Source of the DNA: Eledone cirrhosa
Taxonomy: Eukaryota
Direction: 5' to 3'
Assembly: GCA_964016885.1 (NCBI GenBank)
Contig: OZ024744.1
Coordinates: 101,494,001-101,558,000, forward strand
DNA length: 64,000 bases
Shown: positions 48,201-63,200 of the stretch, piece by piece
Layout: each line of letters starts with the position of its first letter
Numbering within the stretch: the stretch's first letter is position 1
The notes under the pieces: generated by a model
Database searches by the model: none
What the model was told of the DNA's origin: nothing
Seen by the model: only the letters and a program-made list of their open reading frames with translations
Made by a program: the position numbers and the translations under genes

Positions 48201-51200
48201 CCATAGTTAATCTCATACTTTACAGTCTATAGTTAATCTAATACTTTACAGTCTATAGTTAGTCTAATACTTTACTGGCTATATTTAATCTAATTCTTTA
48301 CAGTCTATAGTAAGTCTAACACTTTCCATTCCATAGTTAGTCTACCACATTAACGTCTATAGTTAGTCTAATACATTACAGTCAACAGTTAGTCTAATAC
48401 TTTACAGTGTATAGTTAGTATAATACTTTACTGTCCATAGTTAATCTCATTCTTTACAGTCTATAGTTAATCTAATACTTTACAGTCTATAGTTAGTCTA
48501 ATACTTTACAGTATATAGTTAGTCTAATAATTTATTGTCTATAATTAGTCTAATAATTTACAGTCTAAAGTTAGTCTAATACTTTACAGTCTCTCACTGG
48601 TGAAATTCTTTAGAGACCCTAGTTAGTCTAACACTTTACAGTCTATAGTTAATCTAATACTTAACACCCTACAGTTTGTCTAACACTTTATTGTCTATAG
48701 TTAGTTTGACACTTTACTGTCTGTATTTAGTCTAATACTTTACAGCATATCACTGGTCGAACACTTTACAGTCTATAGTTAGTCTAACACTTTACAGTCT
48801 ATAGTTAGTCTAATGCATTAAAATTTATCACTGGTCTAATACATTACAGTCTGAAGTTAGTCTAATAGTTTACAGTCTATAATTAGTCTAATACTTTACG
48901 TGCTATAGTTAGTCTTACACTTTATTGTCTATAGTTAGTTTAACACTTTACTGTCCCTACTTAGTCTAATACTTTACAGTATATCACTGGACGAACACTT
49001 TACAGCCTATAGTTAGTCTAACACTTTACAGTCTATAGTTAGTGTAATACGTTACAGTCTATAGTTAGTCTAATAATTAAAAGTCTACAGTTAGACTAAT
49101 ATGTTACAATCTATTACTGGTCTAATACATTAATGTCTATAGATAATCTAACATATTGTGGTCTATAGTTAGTTTAATCCTTTACAGACTATAGTTAATA
49201 TAAAAGTTTACAGTCTATAGTTAGTCTTATACATTACTGTCCATAGTTAGTCTAACACTTTAATCTCTATAGTTAGTCTAACACTTTACAGTCAATAGTT
49301 AGTATAATACTTTTCACTCTATAGTTAGTCTAATACTTTACTGTAAATAGTTACTCAAATACTTTACAGTCTATAGTTAGTCAAAAAATTTACAGTCTAT
49401 AGTTAGTCTGACACTTTACAGTCTATAATTATTCTAATACTTTACTGTCGATAGTTTGTCTAATACTTTACTGTCTATAAGTAGTCTAATAATTTACTCT
49501 CTATAGTTACACTAATACTTTACTGTCTATAGTTAGTGCAATACTTAACAGTCTATAGTTAGTCAAATACATTACTGTCTATAGTTAATCTAATACTTTA
49601 CAGTCTATAGAAAGTCTAATAATTTACAGTCGATAGTTAGTCTAACACTTTACAGTCTATAGTTATTCTAATACTTTACAGCCTCTCACTGGCCTATCAC
49701 TTTACAATCTATAGTTAGACTAATACTTTACAGTTTATAGTTCGTCTAACACTTTACAGTCTAAAGTTAGTCTAATACTTTACAGTCTATAGTTAGTTTA
49801 ATACTTTACTGTCTATATTTAATCTAATACTTTACAGTCTATAGAAAGTCTAATAATTTACAGTCGATAGTTAGTCAAACACTTTACAGTGGATAGTTAG
49901 TCTAACACTTTACAGTCGACAGTTAGTCTAACATAGTTAGTCTAATACATTACTGTCTATAGTTAGTCTAATACTTTACAGTCTATAGTTAGTGTAAAAC
50001 ATTACTGTCTATAATTAGTCTAATGCATTACAGCCTATAGTTAGTCTAACACTTTACTGTCTATAGTTAGTCTAACACTTTATAGTTCATAGTTAGTCTA
50101 ATACATTACAGTCTATAGTTAGTCTAATACTTTACAGTGTATAGTTAGTATAATACCTTACATTCTATAGTTAATCTAATAATTTACTGTCTATAGTCAG
50201 TCTAATAATTTACAGTCTATAATTAGTCTAATACTTTACTGTCTACAGTTAGTCTAATACTTAGTAGTCTATAGTTAGTCTAATACTTTTCAGTCTACAG
50301 TTAGTCTAATACTTTACAGTCTATAGTTAGTTTAATACTTTACTGTCTATATTTAATCTAATACTTTACAGTCTATAGTAAGTCTAATAATTTACAGTCG
50401 ATAGTTAGTCTAACACTTTACAGTGGATAGTTAGTCTAACACTTTACAGACGACAGTTAGTCTAACACTTTACTGTCAATAGTTAGTCCAATACTTTACT
50501 TTCTATAGTTAGTCTAACACATTACTGTCTATAGTTAGACTAACACTTTACAGTCTATGGTTAGTCTAACACTTTACTGTCTATAGTTAGTCTAACACTT
50601 TACCGTCTAAACTTAGTCTAATACTTTACTGTCCATAGTTAATCTAATACTTTACAGTCTATAGTTAGGCTTATAATTTACTGTGTATATTTAGTCTAAT
50701 AATTTACAGTCTATAGTTAGACTAACACATTACTGTCTATAGTTAGACTAACACTTTACAGTCTATAGTTAGTCTAATACTTTACTGTCGATAGTTAGTC
50801 TACTACTTTACAGTCTATAGTTAGTCTAAAACGTTACTGTCTATAGTTAGTCTAATACTTTACAGACTATACTTAGCATGACACTTTACTGTTGATAGAT
50901 AGTCTAATACATTACAGTCTACAGTTAGTCTGATACTTGACAGTGTATAGTTAGTCTAATACTTTACTGGCTATATTTAATCTAATTCTTTACAGTCTAT
51001 AGTAAGTCTAACACTTTACATTCATAGTTAGTCTAACACATTTACGTCTATAGTTAGTCTAACACTTTAGTGTCTAGAGTTAGGCTTATACTTTACAGTC
51101 TATAGTTAGTCTAACACATTACTGTCTATAGTTAGACTAACACTTTACAGACTATAGTTAGTCTAACACTTTACTGTCTATAGTTAGTCTAATACTTTAC

Positions 51201-54200
51201 AGTTTAAAGTTAGTCTAATACGTTACAGTCTATAGATAATATAATAGTTTACAGTCTATAGTTAGTATAATACTTTACTATCCATAGTTAATCTCATACT
51301 TTACAGTCTATAGTTAATCTAATACTTTACAGTCTATAGTTAGTCTAATACTTTACTGGCTATATTTAATCTAATTCTTTACAGTCTATAGTAAGTCTAA
51401 CACTTTCCATTCCATAGTTAGTCTACCACATTAACGTCTATAGTTAGTCTAATACATTACAGTCAACAGTTAGTCTAATACTTTACAGTGTATAGTTAGT
51501 ATAATACTTTACTGTCCATAGTTAATCTCATTCTTTACAGTCTATAGTTAATCTAATACTTTACAGTCTATAGTTAGTCTAATACTTTACAGTATATAGT
51601 TAGTCTAATAATTTATTGTCTATAATTAGTCTAATAATTTACAGTCTATAATTAGTCTAATACTTTACAGTCTATAGTTAGTCTAATATTTTACAGTCTA
51701 TAGTTAGCCTAACACTTTACTGTCTATAGGAAGTCTAATACTTTACAGTCTATAGTTAGTATAATAATTTACTGTCTATAGTTAGCCTAACACTTTACTG
51801 TCTATAGTTAGTCTAATACTTTACAGTCTATAGTTAATCTATTAATTAATGTCTATAATTAGTCTAATACTTTAATGTACATAGTGAGTCCAATACATTA
51901 TAGTTTAAAGTTGGTCAAAAAATTTACAGTCTATAGTTATTCTAACACTTTACAGTTCCTAGTTAGTATAGTACCTTACTGTCTATAGTTAATCTAATAC
52001 TTTACAGTCTATAGTTATTCTAATACTTTACAGTCTATAGTTAATCTAATAATTTACAGTCGATAGTTAGTGTAACACTTTAGAGTCGATAGTTAGTCTA
52101 ACACTTTACTGTCAATAGTTAGTCTAATATTTTATTTCCTATAGTTAGTGTAATACTTTACTCTCTATAGTTAGTCTAATACTTTACAGTCTATAGTTAG
52201 TCTAAAACATTACTGTCTATAGTGTGTCTAACACTTTACAGTCTATAGTTAGCCTAACACATTACGGTCTATAGTTAGTCTAACGCTCTACAGTCTATAG
52301 TTAATATAATACTTTACTGTCTACAGTTAGCCTAACACTTTACAATCTATAGTTAGTCTAATACTTTACTGTTTATAGTTAGTATAATACCTTACTGTCT
52401 ATAGTTAATCTAATATTTTACAGTCTATAGTTAAACTAATAATTTACAGTCTATAGATAGTCTAATACTTTATTGTCTATAGTTAGTCTAATAATTTACA
52501 GTTTATAATTAGTCTAATTCTTTACAGTCTACAGTTAGTCTAATACTTTACAGTCTATAGTTAGTCTAATACTTTACAGTCTATAGTTTGTCTAATACTT
52601 TACTGTCTATAGTTAATCTAATACTTTACAGTCTATAGTTAGTCTAACATATTACTGTCTATAGATAGTCTAATACTTTACAGTCTATAGTTAGTCTAAC
52701 ATATTACTGTCTATAGTTAGTCTAACACTTTACAGTCGATAGTTACTCTAATACTTTACTTTCTATAGTTAGTCTAATACTTTACTCTCTATAGTTAGTC
52801 TAATACTTTACTCTCTATAGTTAGTCTAATACTTTACAGTCTATAGTTTGTCTAATACATTACTTTCTATAGCTATTCTAACACATTACTGTCTATAGTT
52901 AGTCTAAAAGTTTACAGTCTATAGTTAGTCTAACACTTTACTGTCTATAGTTAGTCTAATACTTTACGTTCTATAGTTAGTCTAACAATTTACAGTCTAT
53001 AGTTAGTCTAACACATTACAGTCTATAGTTAGTCTAGCACTTTACAGTCTATAATTAGTCTAATATTTTACCGTCTACAGTTAGTTTAATACTTTACAGT
53101 CTATAGATAGTATAATATTTACAGTCTATAGTTAGTCTAATAATTTACACTCTATAGTTAGTCTAATACTTTAATGTACATAGTGAGTCCAATACATTAT
53201 AGTCTATATTTAGTGTAACAATTAACAGTCTACAGTTAGTCTAACACTTTACAGTTCATAGTTAGTCTAATACTTTACAGTCTATAGTTAGTCTAATTCT
53301 TTACAGTCTATAGTTAGTATAATACCTGACTGTCTATAGTTAATCTAATACTTTACAGTATATAGTTATTCTAATATTTTACAGTCTATAGTTAGTCTAA
53401 TAAATTACTGTCTATAGTTAGTCTAATAATTTACAGTTTATAATTAGTCTAATCCTTTACAGTCTACAGTTAATCTAATACTTTACAGTCTATAGTTAGT
53501 CTAATACTTTAGAGTCTATAGTTAGTCTAATACTTTAGAGTCTATAGTTAGTCTAATACTTTAGAGTCTACAGTTAGTCTAATGATGTACAGTCGATAAT
53601 TAGTCTAACATTTTACAGTCTAATTTTAGTCTAATACTTTACTGTCTATAGTTAGTCTAACAATGTACAGTCTATAGTTAGTCTAACACATTACAGTCTA
53701 TAGTTAGTCTAACACTTTACTGTCTATAGTTAGTCTAATACTTTATTGACTATAGTTAATCTAATTCTTCAGAGTCTATAGTTTGTCTAATATTTTAATG
53801 TACATAGTTAGTCCAATACATTATAGTTTATAGTTAGTCTAACATTTTGCCGTCTACAGTTAGTCTAATACTTTACAGTCTTATTTTAGTCTAATCCTTT
53901 ACTGTCTATAGTTAGTCTAATACTTTACATTCTATAATTAGTCTAACATATTACAGTCTATAGTTAGTTTAACACTTTACAGTCTATAATTAATCTAATA
54001 CTTTACCCTCTATAATTAGTCTAATATTTTACCGTCTGTAGTTAGTTTAATATTTTACAATCTACAGTTAGTCTAATACTTTACAGTCTATAATTAGTCA
54101 AATATTTTACCGTCTGTAGTTAGTCTAATATTTTACAATCTACAGTTAGTCTAATACTTTACAGTCTATAATTAGTCTAATATTTTACCGTCTGTAGTTA

Positions 54201-57200
54201 GTCTAATATATTACAATCTACAGTTAGTCTAATACTTTACAGTCTATAGTTAGACTAATACTTTACTGTCTATAGTTAATCTAATACTTTACAGTCTATA
54301 GTAAGTCTAATAATTTAAAGTCGATAGTTAGTTTACAACTTTACATTCGATAGTTACTCTAACACTTTACGGTGAATAGTTAGACTAATACTTTACTCTG
54401 TATAGTTAGTGTAATACATTACAGTCAAGAGTTAGTCTAACACATTACTGTCTATAATTAGTCTAAAAGTTTACAGTCTATAGTTAGTCTAACACCTTAC
54501 TGTCTATAGTTAGTCTAATACTTTTTAGTCTAATTTTAGTCTAATACTTTACTGTCTTTAGTTATTCTAATACTTTACATTCTATAGTTAGTCTAACAAT
54601 TTGCAGTCTATAGTTAGTCTAATAATTTAATGTCTATAGTTAGTCTAATACTTTACTCTCTATAGTTAGTCTAAAACTTTACAGTCTATAGATATTCCAA
54701 CACTTTACTGTCTATAGTTAGTCTAAGAGTTTACACTCTAAACTCAGTCTAATACTTTACTGTCTATAGTAAGCCTAACACTTTACTGTCTATAGTTAGT
54801 CTAATACTTTACTTACTATAGTTAGTCTAATTCTTTAGTGTCTATAGTTAGTCTAATATTTTACAGTCTACAGTTAGTCTAATACATTACAGTCGATAGT
54901 TAGTCTAATACTTTACAGTCTATAGTTAGTTTAATACTTTACAGTCTACAGTTAGTCTAATACTTTACAGTCTATAGTTGGTCTAATACATTACTGTCTA
55001 TAGTTAATCTAATACTTTACAGTCGATAGTTAGTCTATCACATTACAGTCTATAATTAGTCTAATATTTGACCGTCTACAATTAGTGTAATACTTTACAC
55101 TCTAAAGTTAGTCTAATACTTTACAGTCTATAGTTTGTCTAATACTTTACTTTCTATAGTTAATCTAATACTTTACAATCTATAGTTAGTATAATACCTT
55201 ACTGTCTATAGTTAATCTAATACTTTACAGTCTACAGTTAGTCTAATACTTTACAGTCTATAGTTAGTCTAATACTTTACTGTCTATAGTTAATCTAATA
55301 CTTTACAGTCTATAGTAAGTCTAATTTTTTACAGTCGATAATTAGTCTAACACTTTACATTCGATAATTAGTCTAACACTTTACATTCGATAGTTAGTCT
55401 AACACATTACAGTCTATAGTTAGTCCAAAAGTTTACAGTCTATAGTTAGTCTAACACTTTACTGTCTATAGTTAGTCTACTACTTTACTGTCTATATTTA
55501 GCCTAACACTTTACTGTCTATACTGTCTAATGCTTTACTGTCTATAGTTAGTCTAATTCTTTGGTGTCTATAGTTAGTCTAATATTTTACCGTGTACAGT
55601 TAGTCTAATACATTACAGTCGATAGTTAGTCTAATATTTTACAGTCTACCGTTAGTCTAATATTTTACCGTCTATAGTTGGTCTAATACCTTTCTCTCTA
55701 TAGTTAATCTAATACTTTACAGTCTACAGTTAGTTTAATACATTACAGTCTATAGTTAGTCTAAAATTTACAGTCTATAATTAGTCTAATATTTTACCGT
55801 CTTCAGTTAGTCTAATACTATACAGTCTATAGTTAGTCTAATACTTTACGGTCTATAGTTAATCTAATACTTTACTGTCTATAGTTAGTCTAATACTTTA
55901 ATGTACATAGTGAGTCCAATACATTATAGACTCTAGTTAATCTAACAATTTACAGTCTATAGTTAGTCTAACACTTTAGAGTTCATAGTTAGTCTAATAC
56001 TTTACAGTCTATAGATAGTTTAATACTTTATAGTCTATAGATAGTATAATACATTACTGTCTGTAGTTAGTCCAATAATTTAGAGTTTATAATTAGTCTA
56101 ATTCTTTACAGTCTACAGTTAATCTAATACGTTACAGTCTATAGATAGTCTAATACTTTACTGTCTATAGTAGGTCTAATACTTTACTGTCTATAGTTAA
56201 TCTAATACTTTACAGACTATAGTAAATCGAATAATTTACAGTCGATAGTTAGTCTAACACTTTACATTCGATAGTTAGTCTAAAACTTTACTGTCAATAG
56301 TTAGTCTAATACTTTACTGTCTATAGTTAGTGTAATACTTTACAGTCTATTGTTAGTCTAACACATTACTGTCCATAGTTAGTCTAAAACTTTACAGTCT
56401 ATAGTTAAAATTACACTTTACTGTCTATAGTTAGTCTAATACTTTATAGTCTAATTTTAGTCTAATACTTTACTGTCTATAGTAAGTCTAATACTTGACA
56501 TTCTATAGTTTGTCTAACAATTTACAGTCTATAGTTAGTCTAACACATTACAGTCTATAATTAGTCTAATATTATACCGTCTACAGTCAGTTTAATACTT
56601 TACAGGCTATAGTTAGTCTAATATTTACAGTCTATAGTTAGTCTAATACTTAACAGTCTATAATTAGTCTAATACTTTACAATCTATAGATAGTATAATA
56701 CGTTACTGTCTATAGTTAGTCTAATAATTTAGAGTTTATAATTAGTCTAATTCTTTACAGTCTACAGTTAATCTAATACTTTACAGTCTATAGTTAGTCT
56801 AATACTTTACAGTCTATAGTTAGTCTAAAACTTTACAGTCTATAGATAGTCTAATACTTTACAGTCTATAGTTAGTCTAATACTTTACAGTCTATAGTTA
56901 GTCTAAAACTTTACAGTCTATAGATAGTATAATACTTTACTGTCTATAGTTAGTCTAATACTTTACTTTCTATAGTTAGTCAAATACTTTACTCTCTAAA
57001 GTTAGTCTAATGCTTTACAGTCTATAGTTAGTCTAACACATTATTGTCTATAGTTAGTCTAACACTTTACAGTCTATAGTTAGTCTAACACATTACTGTC
57101 TATAGTTAGTCTAACAATTTACACTCTAAACTTTGTCTACTACTTTAATGTCTATATTTAGACTAACAATTTACTGTCTATAGTTAGTCTAATAGTTTAC

Positions 57201-60200
57201 TGACTACAGTTAGTCTAATTCTTTAGTGTATATAGTTAGTCTAATACTTTACTGTACAATACATTATAGTGTATAGTGAGTCTAACAATTTACAGTCTAG
57301 GGATAGTCTAACACATTACAGACTATAGTTGGTCTAATACTTTACAGTCTAGAGTTAGTCTAATACTTTACAGTCTATAGTAAGTATAATAATTTACAGT
57401 CGATAGTTAGTCCAACACTTTACAGTCGATAGTTAGCCTAAAACTTTACTGTCTATAGTTAGTCAAATACTTTACTGACTATAGTTAGTCTAATTCTTTA
57501 GTGTCTATAGTTAGTCTAATATGTTAATGTACATAGTTAGTCCAATACATTATAGTCTATAGTTAGTCTAACAATTTACAGTCTATAGTTAGTCTAACAC
57601 ATTACACTCTCTAGTTAGTCTAACACTTAAATTCTATAATTAGTCTAATATTTTACAGTCTACAATTAGTCTAATATTTTACACTCTATAGTTAGTCTAA
57701 TACTTTACAGTCTATAGTTAGTCTAATACTTTACTTTCTATAGTTAGACTAACACTTTACTGTCAATAGTTAGTCAAATACTTTACTTTCTATAGTTAGA
57801 TCAATACTTTACAGTATATAGTTAGTCTAATACTTTACTGACTATAGTTAGTCTAATTCTTTAGTGTCTATAGTTAGTCTAATACTTTAATTTATATAGT
57901 TTGTCTAATACTTTACTGTCTATAGTTACTCTTTGCAGTCTAAAGTTAGTCTAACACATTACAGTCTATAGTTAGTCTAACACTTTACAGTCTATAATTA
58001 GTCTAATATTTTACAATCTATAGTTAGTCTAATAGTTCACAGTCTATAGTAAGTCTAATACTTTACAGTCTCATTTTAGTCTAATACATTACTATCTATA
58101 GATAGTCTAATATATTACAGTCTATAGTTAGTCTAAAACATAACTGTTTATAGTCAGTCTAAAACTTTACAGTCTATAGTTAGTCTAACACTTTACAGTC
58201 TATAATTAGTCTAATATTTTACCATCTACAGTTAGTCTAATACATTAGAGTCTATAGTTAGTCTAATACTTTACAGACTACAGTTGGTCTAATACTTTAC
58301 AGTCCATAGTTAGTCTAATACTTTACAGTGTATAGTTAGTATAATACCTTACATTCTATAGTTAATCTAATAATTTACTGTTATAGTCAGTCTAATAATT
58401 TACAGTCTATAATTAGTCTAATACTTTACTGTCTACAGTTAGTCTAATACTTAGTAGTCTATAGTTAGTCTAATACTTTTCAGTCTACAGTTAGTCTAAT
58501 ACTTTACAGTCTATAGTTAGTTTAATACTTTACTGTCTATATTTAATCTAATACTTTACAGTCTATAGTAAGTCTAATAATTTACAGTCGATAGTTAGTC
58601 TAACACTTTACAGTGGATAGTTAGTCTAACACTTTACAGACGACAGTTAGTCTAACACTTTACTGTCAATAGTTAGTCCAATACTTTACTTTCTATAGTT
58701 AGTCTAACACATTACTGTCTATAGTTAGACTAACACTTTACAGTCTATGGTTAGTCTAACACTTTACTGTCTATAGTTAGTCTAACACTTTACCGTCTAA
58801 ACTTAGTCTAATACTTTACTGTCCATAGTTAATCTAATACTTTACAGTCTATAGTTAGGCTTATAATTTACTGTGTATATTTAGTCTAATAATTTACAGT
58901 CTATAGTTAGACTAACACATTACTGTCTATAGTTAGACTAACACTTTACAGTCTATAGTTAGTCTAATACTTTACTGTCGATAGTTAGTCTACTACTTTA
59001 CAGTCTATAGTTAGTCTAAAACGTTACTGTCTATAGTTAGTCTAATACTTTACAGACTATACTTAGCATGACACTTTACTGTTGATAGATAGTCTAATAC
59101 ATTACAGTCTACAGTTAGTCTAATACTTGACAGTGTATAGTTAGTCTAATACTTTACTGGCTATATTTAATCTAATTCTTTACAGTCTATAGTAAGTCTA
59201 ACACTTTATATTCATAGTTAGTCTAACACATTAACGTCTATAGTTAGTCTAACACTTTAGTGTCTAGAGTTAGGCTTATACTTTACAGTCTATAGTTAGT
59301 CTAACACATTACTGTCTATAGTTAGACTAACACTTTACAGACTATAGTTAGTCTAACACTTTACTGTCTATAGTTAGTCTAATACTTTACAGTTTAAAGT
59401 TAGTCTAATACGTTACAGTCTATAGATAATATAATAGTTTACAGTCTATAGTTAGTATAATACTTTACTATCCATAGTTAATCTCATACTTTACAGTCTA
59501 TAGTTAATCTAATACTTTACAGTCTATAGTTAGTCTAATACTTTACTGGCTATATTTAATCTAATTCTTTACAGTCTATAGTAAGTCTAACACTTTCCAT
59601 TCCATAGTTAGTCTACCACATTAACGTCTATAGTTAGTCTAATACATTACAGTCAACAGTTAGTCTAATACTTTACAGTGTATAGTTAGTATAATACTTT
59701 ACTGTCCATAGTTAATCTCATTCTTTACAGTCTATAGTTAATCTAATACTTTACAGTCTATAGTTAGTCTAATACTTTACAGTATATAGTTAGTCTAATA
59801 ATTTATTGTCTATAATTAGTCTAATAATTTACAGTCTATAATTAGTCTAATACTTTACAGTCTATAGTTAGTCTAATATTTTACAGTCTATAGTTAGCCT
59901 AACACTTTACTGTCTATAGGAAGTCTAATACTTTACAGTCTATAGTTAGTATAATAATTTACTGTCTATAGTTAGCCTAACACTTTACTGTCTATAGTTA
60001 TTCTAATACTTTACAGTCTATAGTTAATCTATTAATTAATGTCTATAATTAGTCTAATACTTTAATGTACATAGTGAGTCCAATACATTATAGTTTAAAG
60101 TTGGTCAAAAAATTTACAGTCTATAGTTATTCTAACACTTTACAGTTCCTAGTTAGTATAGTACCTTACTGTCTATAGTTAATCTAATACTTTACAGTCT

Positions 60201-63200
60201 ATAGTTATTCTAATACTTTACAGTCTATAGTTAATCTAATAATTTACAGTCGATAGTTAGTGTAACACTTTAGAGTCGATAGTTAGTCTAACACTTTACT
60301 GTCAATAGTTAGTCTAATATTTTATTTCCTATAGTTAGTGTAATACTTTACTCTCTATAGTTAGTCTAATACTTTACAGTCTATAGTTAGTCTAAAACAT
60401 TACTGTCTATAGTGTGTCTAACACTTTACAGTCTATAGTTAGCCTAACACATTACGGTCTATAGTTAGTCTAACGCTCTACAGTCTATAGTTAATATAAT
60501 ACTTTACTGTCTATAGTTAGCCTAACACTTTACAATCTATAGTTAGTCTAATACTTTACTGTCTATAGTTAGTATAATACCTTACTGTCTATAGTTAATC
60601 TAATATTTTACAGTCTATAGTTAAACTAATAATTTACAGTCTATAGATAGTCTAATACTTTATTGTCTATAGTTAGTCTAATAATTTACAGTTTATAATT
60701 AGTGTAATTCTTTACAGTCTAAAGTTAGTCTAATACTTTACAGTCTATAGTTAGTCTAATACTTTACAGTCTATAGTTTGTCTAATACTTTACTGTCTAT
60801 AGTTAATCTAATACTTTACAGTCTATAGTTAGTCTAACATATTACTGTCTATAGATAGTCTAATACTTTACAGTCTATAGTTAGTCTAACATATTACTGT
60901 CTATAGTTAGTCTAACACTTTACAGTCGATAGTTACTCTAATACTTTACTTTCTATAGTTAGTCTAATACTTTACTCTCTATAGTTAGTCTAATACTTTA
61001 CTCTCTATAGTTAGTCTAATACTTTACAGTCTATAGTTTGTCTAATACATTACTTTCTATAGCTATTCTAACACATTACTGTCTATAGTTAGTCTAAAAG
61101 TTTACAGTCTATAGTTAGTCTGACACTTTACTGTCTATAGTTAGTCTAATACTTTACGTTCTATAGTTAGTCTAACAATTTACAGTCTATAGTTAGTCTA
61201 ACACATTACAGTCTATAGTTAGTCTAGCACTTTACAGTCTATAATTAGTCTAATATTTTACCGTCTACAGTTAGTTTAATACTTTACAGTCTATAGATAG
61301 TATAATATTTACAGTCTATAGTTAGTCTAATAATTTACACTCTATAGTTAGTCTAATACTTTAATGTACATAGTGAGTCCAATACATTATAGTCTATATT
61401 TAGTGTAACAATTAACAGTCTACAGTTAGTCTAACACTTTACAGTTCATAGTTAGTCTAATACTTTACAGTCTATAGTTAGTCTAATTCTTTACAGTCTA
61501 TAGTTAGTATAATACCTGACTGTCTATAGTTAATCTAATACTTTACAGTATATAGTTATTCTAATATTTTACAGTCTATAGTTAGTCTAATAAATTACTG
61601 TCTATAGTTAGTCTAATAATTTACAGTTTATAATTAGTCTAATCCTTTACAGTCTACAGTTAATCTAATACTTTACAGTCTATAGTTAGTCTAATACTTT
61701 AGAGTCTATAGTTAGTCTAATACTTTAGAGTCTATAGTTAGTCTAATACTTTAGAGTCTACAGTTAGTCTAATAATGTACAGTCGATAATTAGTCTAACA
61801 TTTTACAGTCTAATTTTAGTCTAATACTTTACTGTCTATAGTTAGTCTAACAATGTACAGTCTATAGTTAGTCTAACACATTACAGTCTATAGTTAGTCT
61901 AACACTTTACTGTCTATAGTTAGTCTAATACTTTATTGACTATAGTTAATCTAATTCTTCAGAGTCTATAGTTTGTCTAATATTTTAATGTACATAGTTA
62001 GTCCAATACATTATAGTTTATAGTTAGTCTAACATTTTGCCGTCTACAGTTAGTCTAATACTTTACAGTCTTATTTTAGTCTAATCCTTTACTGTCTATA
62101 GTTAGTCTAATACTTTACATTCTATAATTAGTCTAACATATTACAGTCTATAGTTAGTTTAACACTTTACAGTCTATAATTAATCTAATACTTTACCCTC
62201 TATAATTAGTCTAATATTTTACCGTCTGTAGTTAGTTTAATATTTTACAATCTACAGTTAGTCTAATACTTTACAGTCTATAATTAGTCTAATATTTTAC
62301 CGTCTGTAGTTAGTCTAATATTTTACAATCTACAGTTAGTCTAATACTTTACAGTCTATAATTAGTCTAATATTTTACCGTCTGTAGTTAGTCTAATATA
62401 TTACAATCTACAGTTAGTCTAATACTTTACAGTCTATAGTTAGACTAATACTTTACTGTCTATAGTTAATCTAATACTTTACAGTCTATAGTAAGTCTAA
62501 TAATTTAAAGTCGATAGTTAGTTTACAACTTTACATTCGATAGTTACTCTAACACTTTACGGTCAATAGTTAGACTAATACTTTACTCTGTATAGTTAGT
62601 GTAATACATTACAGTCAAGAGTTAGTCTAACACATTACTGTCTATAATTAGTCTAAAAGTTTACAGTCTATAGTTAGTCTAACACCTTACTGTCTATAGT
62701 TAGTCTAATACTTTTTAGTCTAATTTTAGTCTAATACTTTACTGTCTTTAGTTATTCTAATACTTTACATTCTATAGTTAGTCTAACAATTTGCAGTCTA
62801 TAGTTAGTCTAATAATTTAATGTCTATAGTTAGTCTAATACTTTACTCTCTATAGTTAGTCTAAAACTTTACAGTCTATAGATATTCCAACACTTTACTG
62901 TCTATAGTTAGTCTAAGAGTTTACACTCTAAACTCAGTCTAATACTTTACTGTCTATAGTAAGCCTAACACTTTACTGTCTATAGTTAGTCTAATACTTT
63001 ACTTACTATAGTTAGTCTAATTCTTTAGTGTCTATAGTTAGTCTAATATTTTACAGTCTACAGTTAGTCTAATACATTACAGTCGATAGTTAGTCTAATA
63101 CTTTACAGTCTATAGTTAGTTTAATACTTTACAGTCTACAGTTAGTCTAATACTTTACAGTCTATAGTTGGTCTAATACATTACTGTCTATAGTTAATCT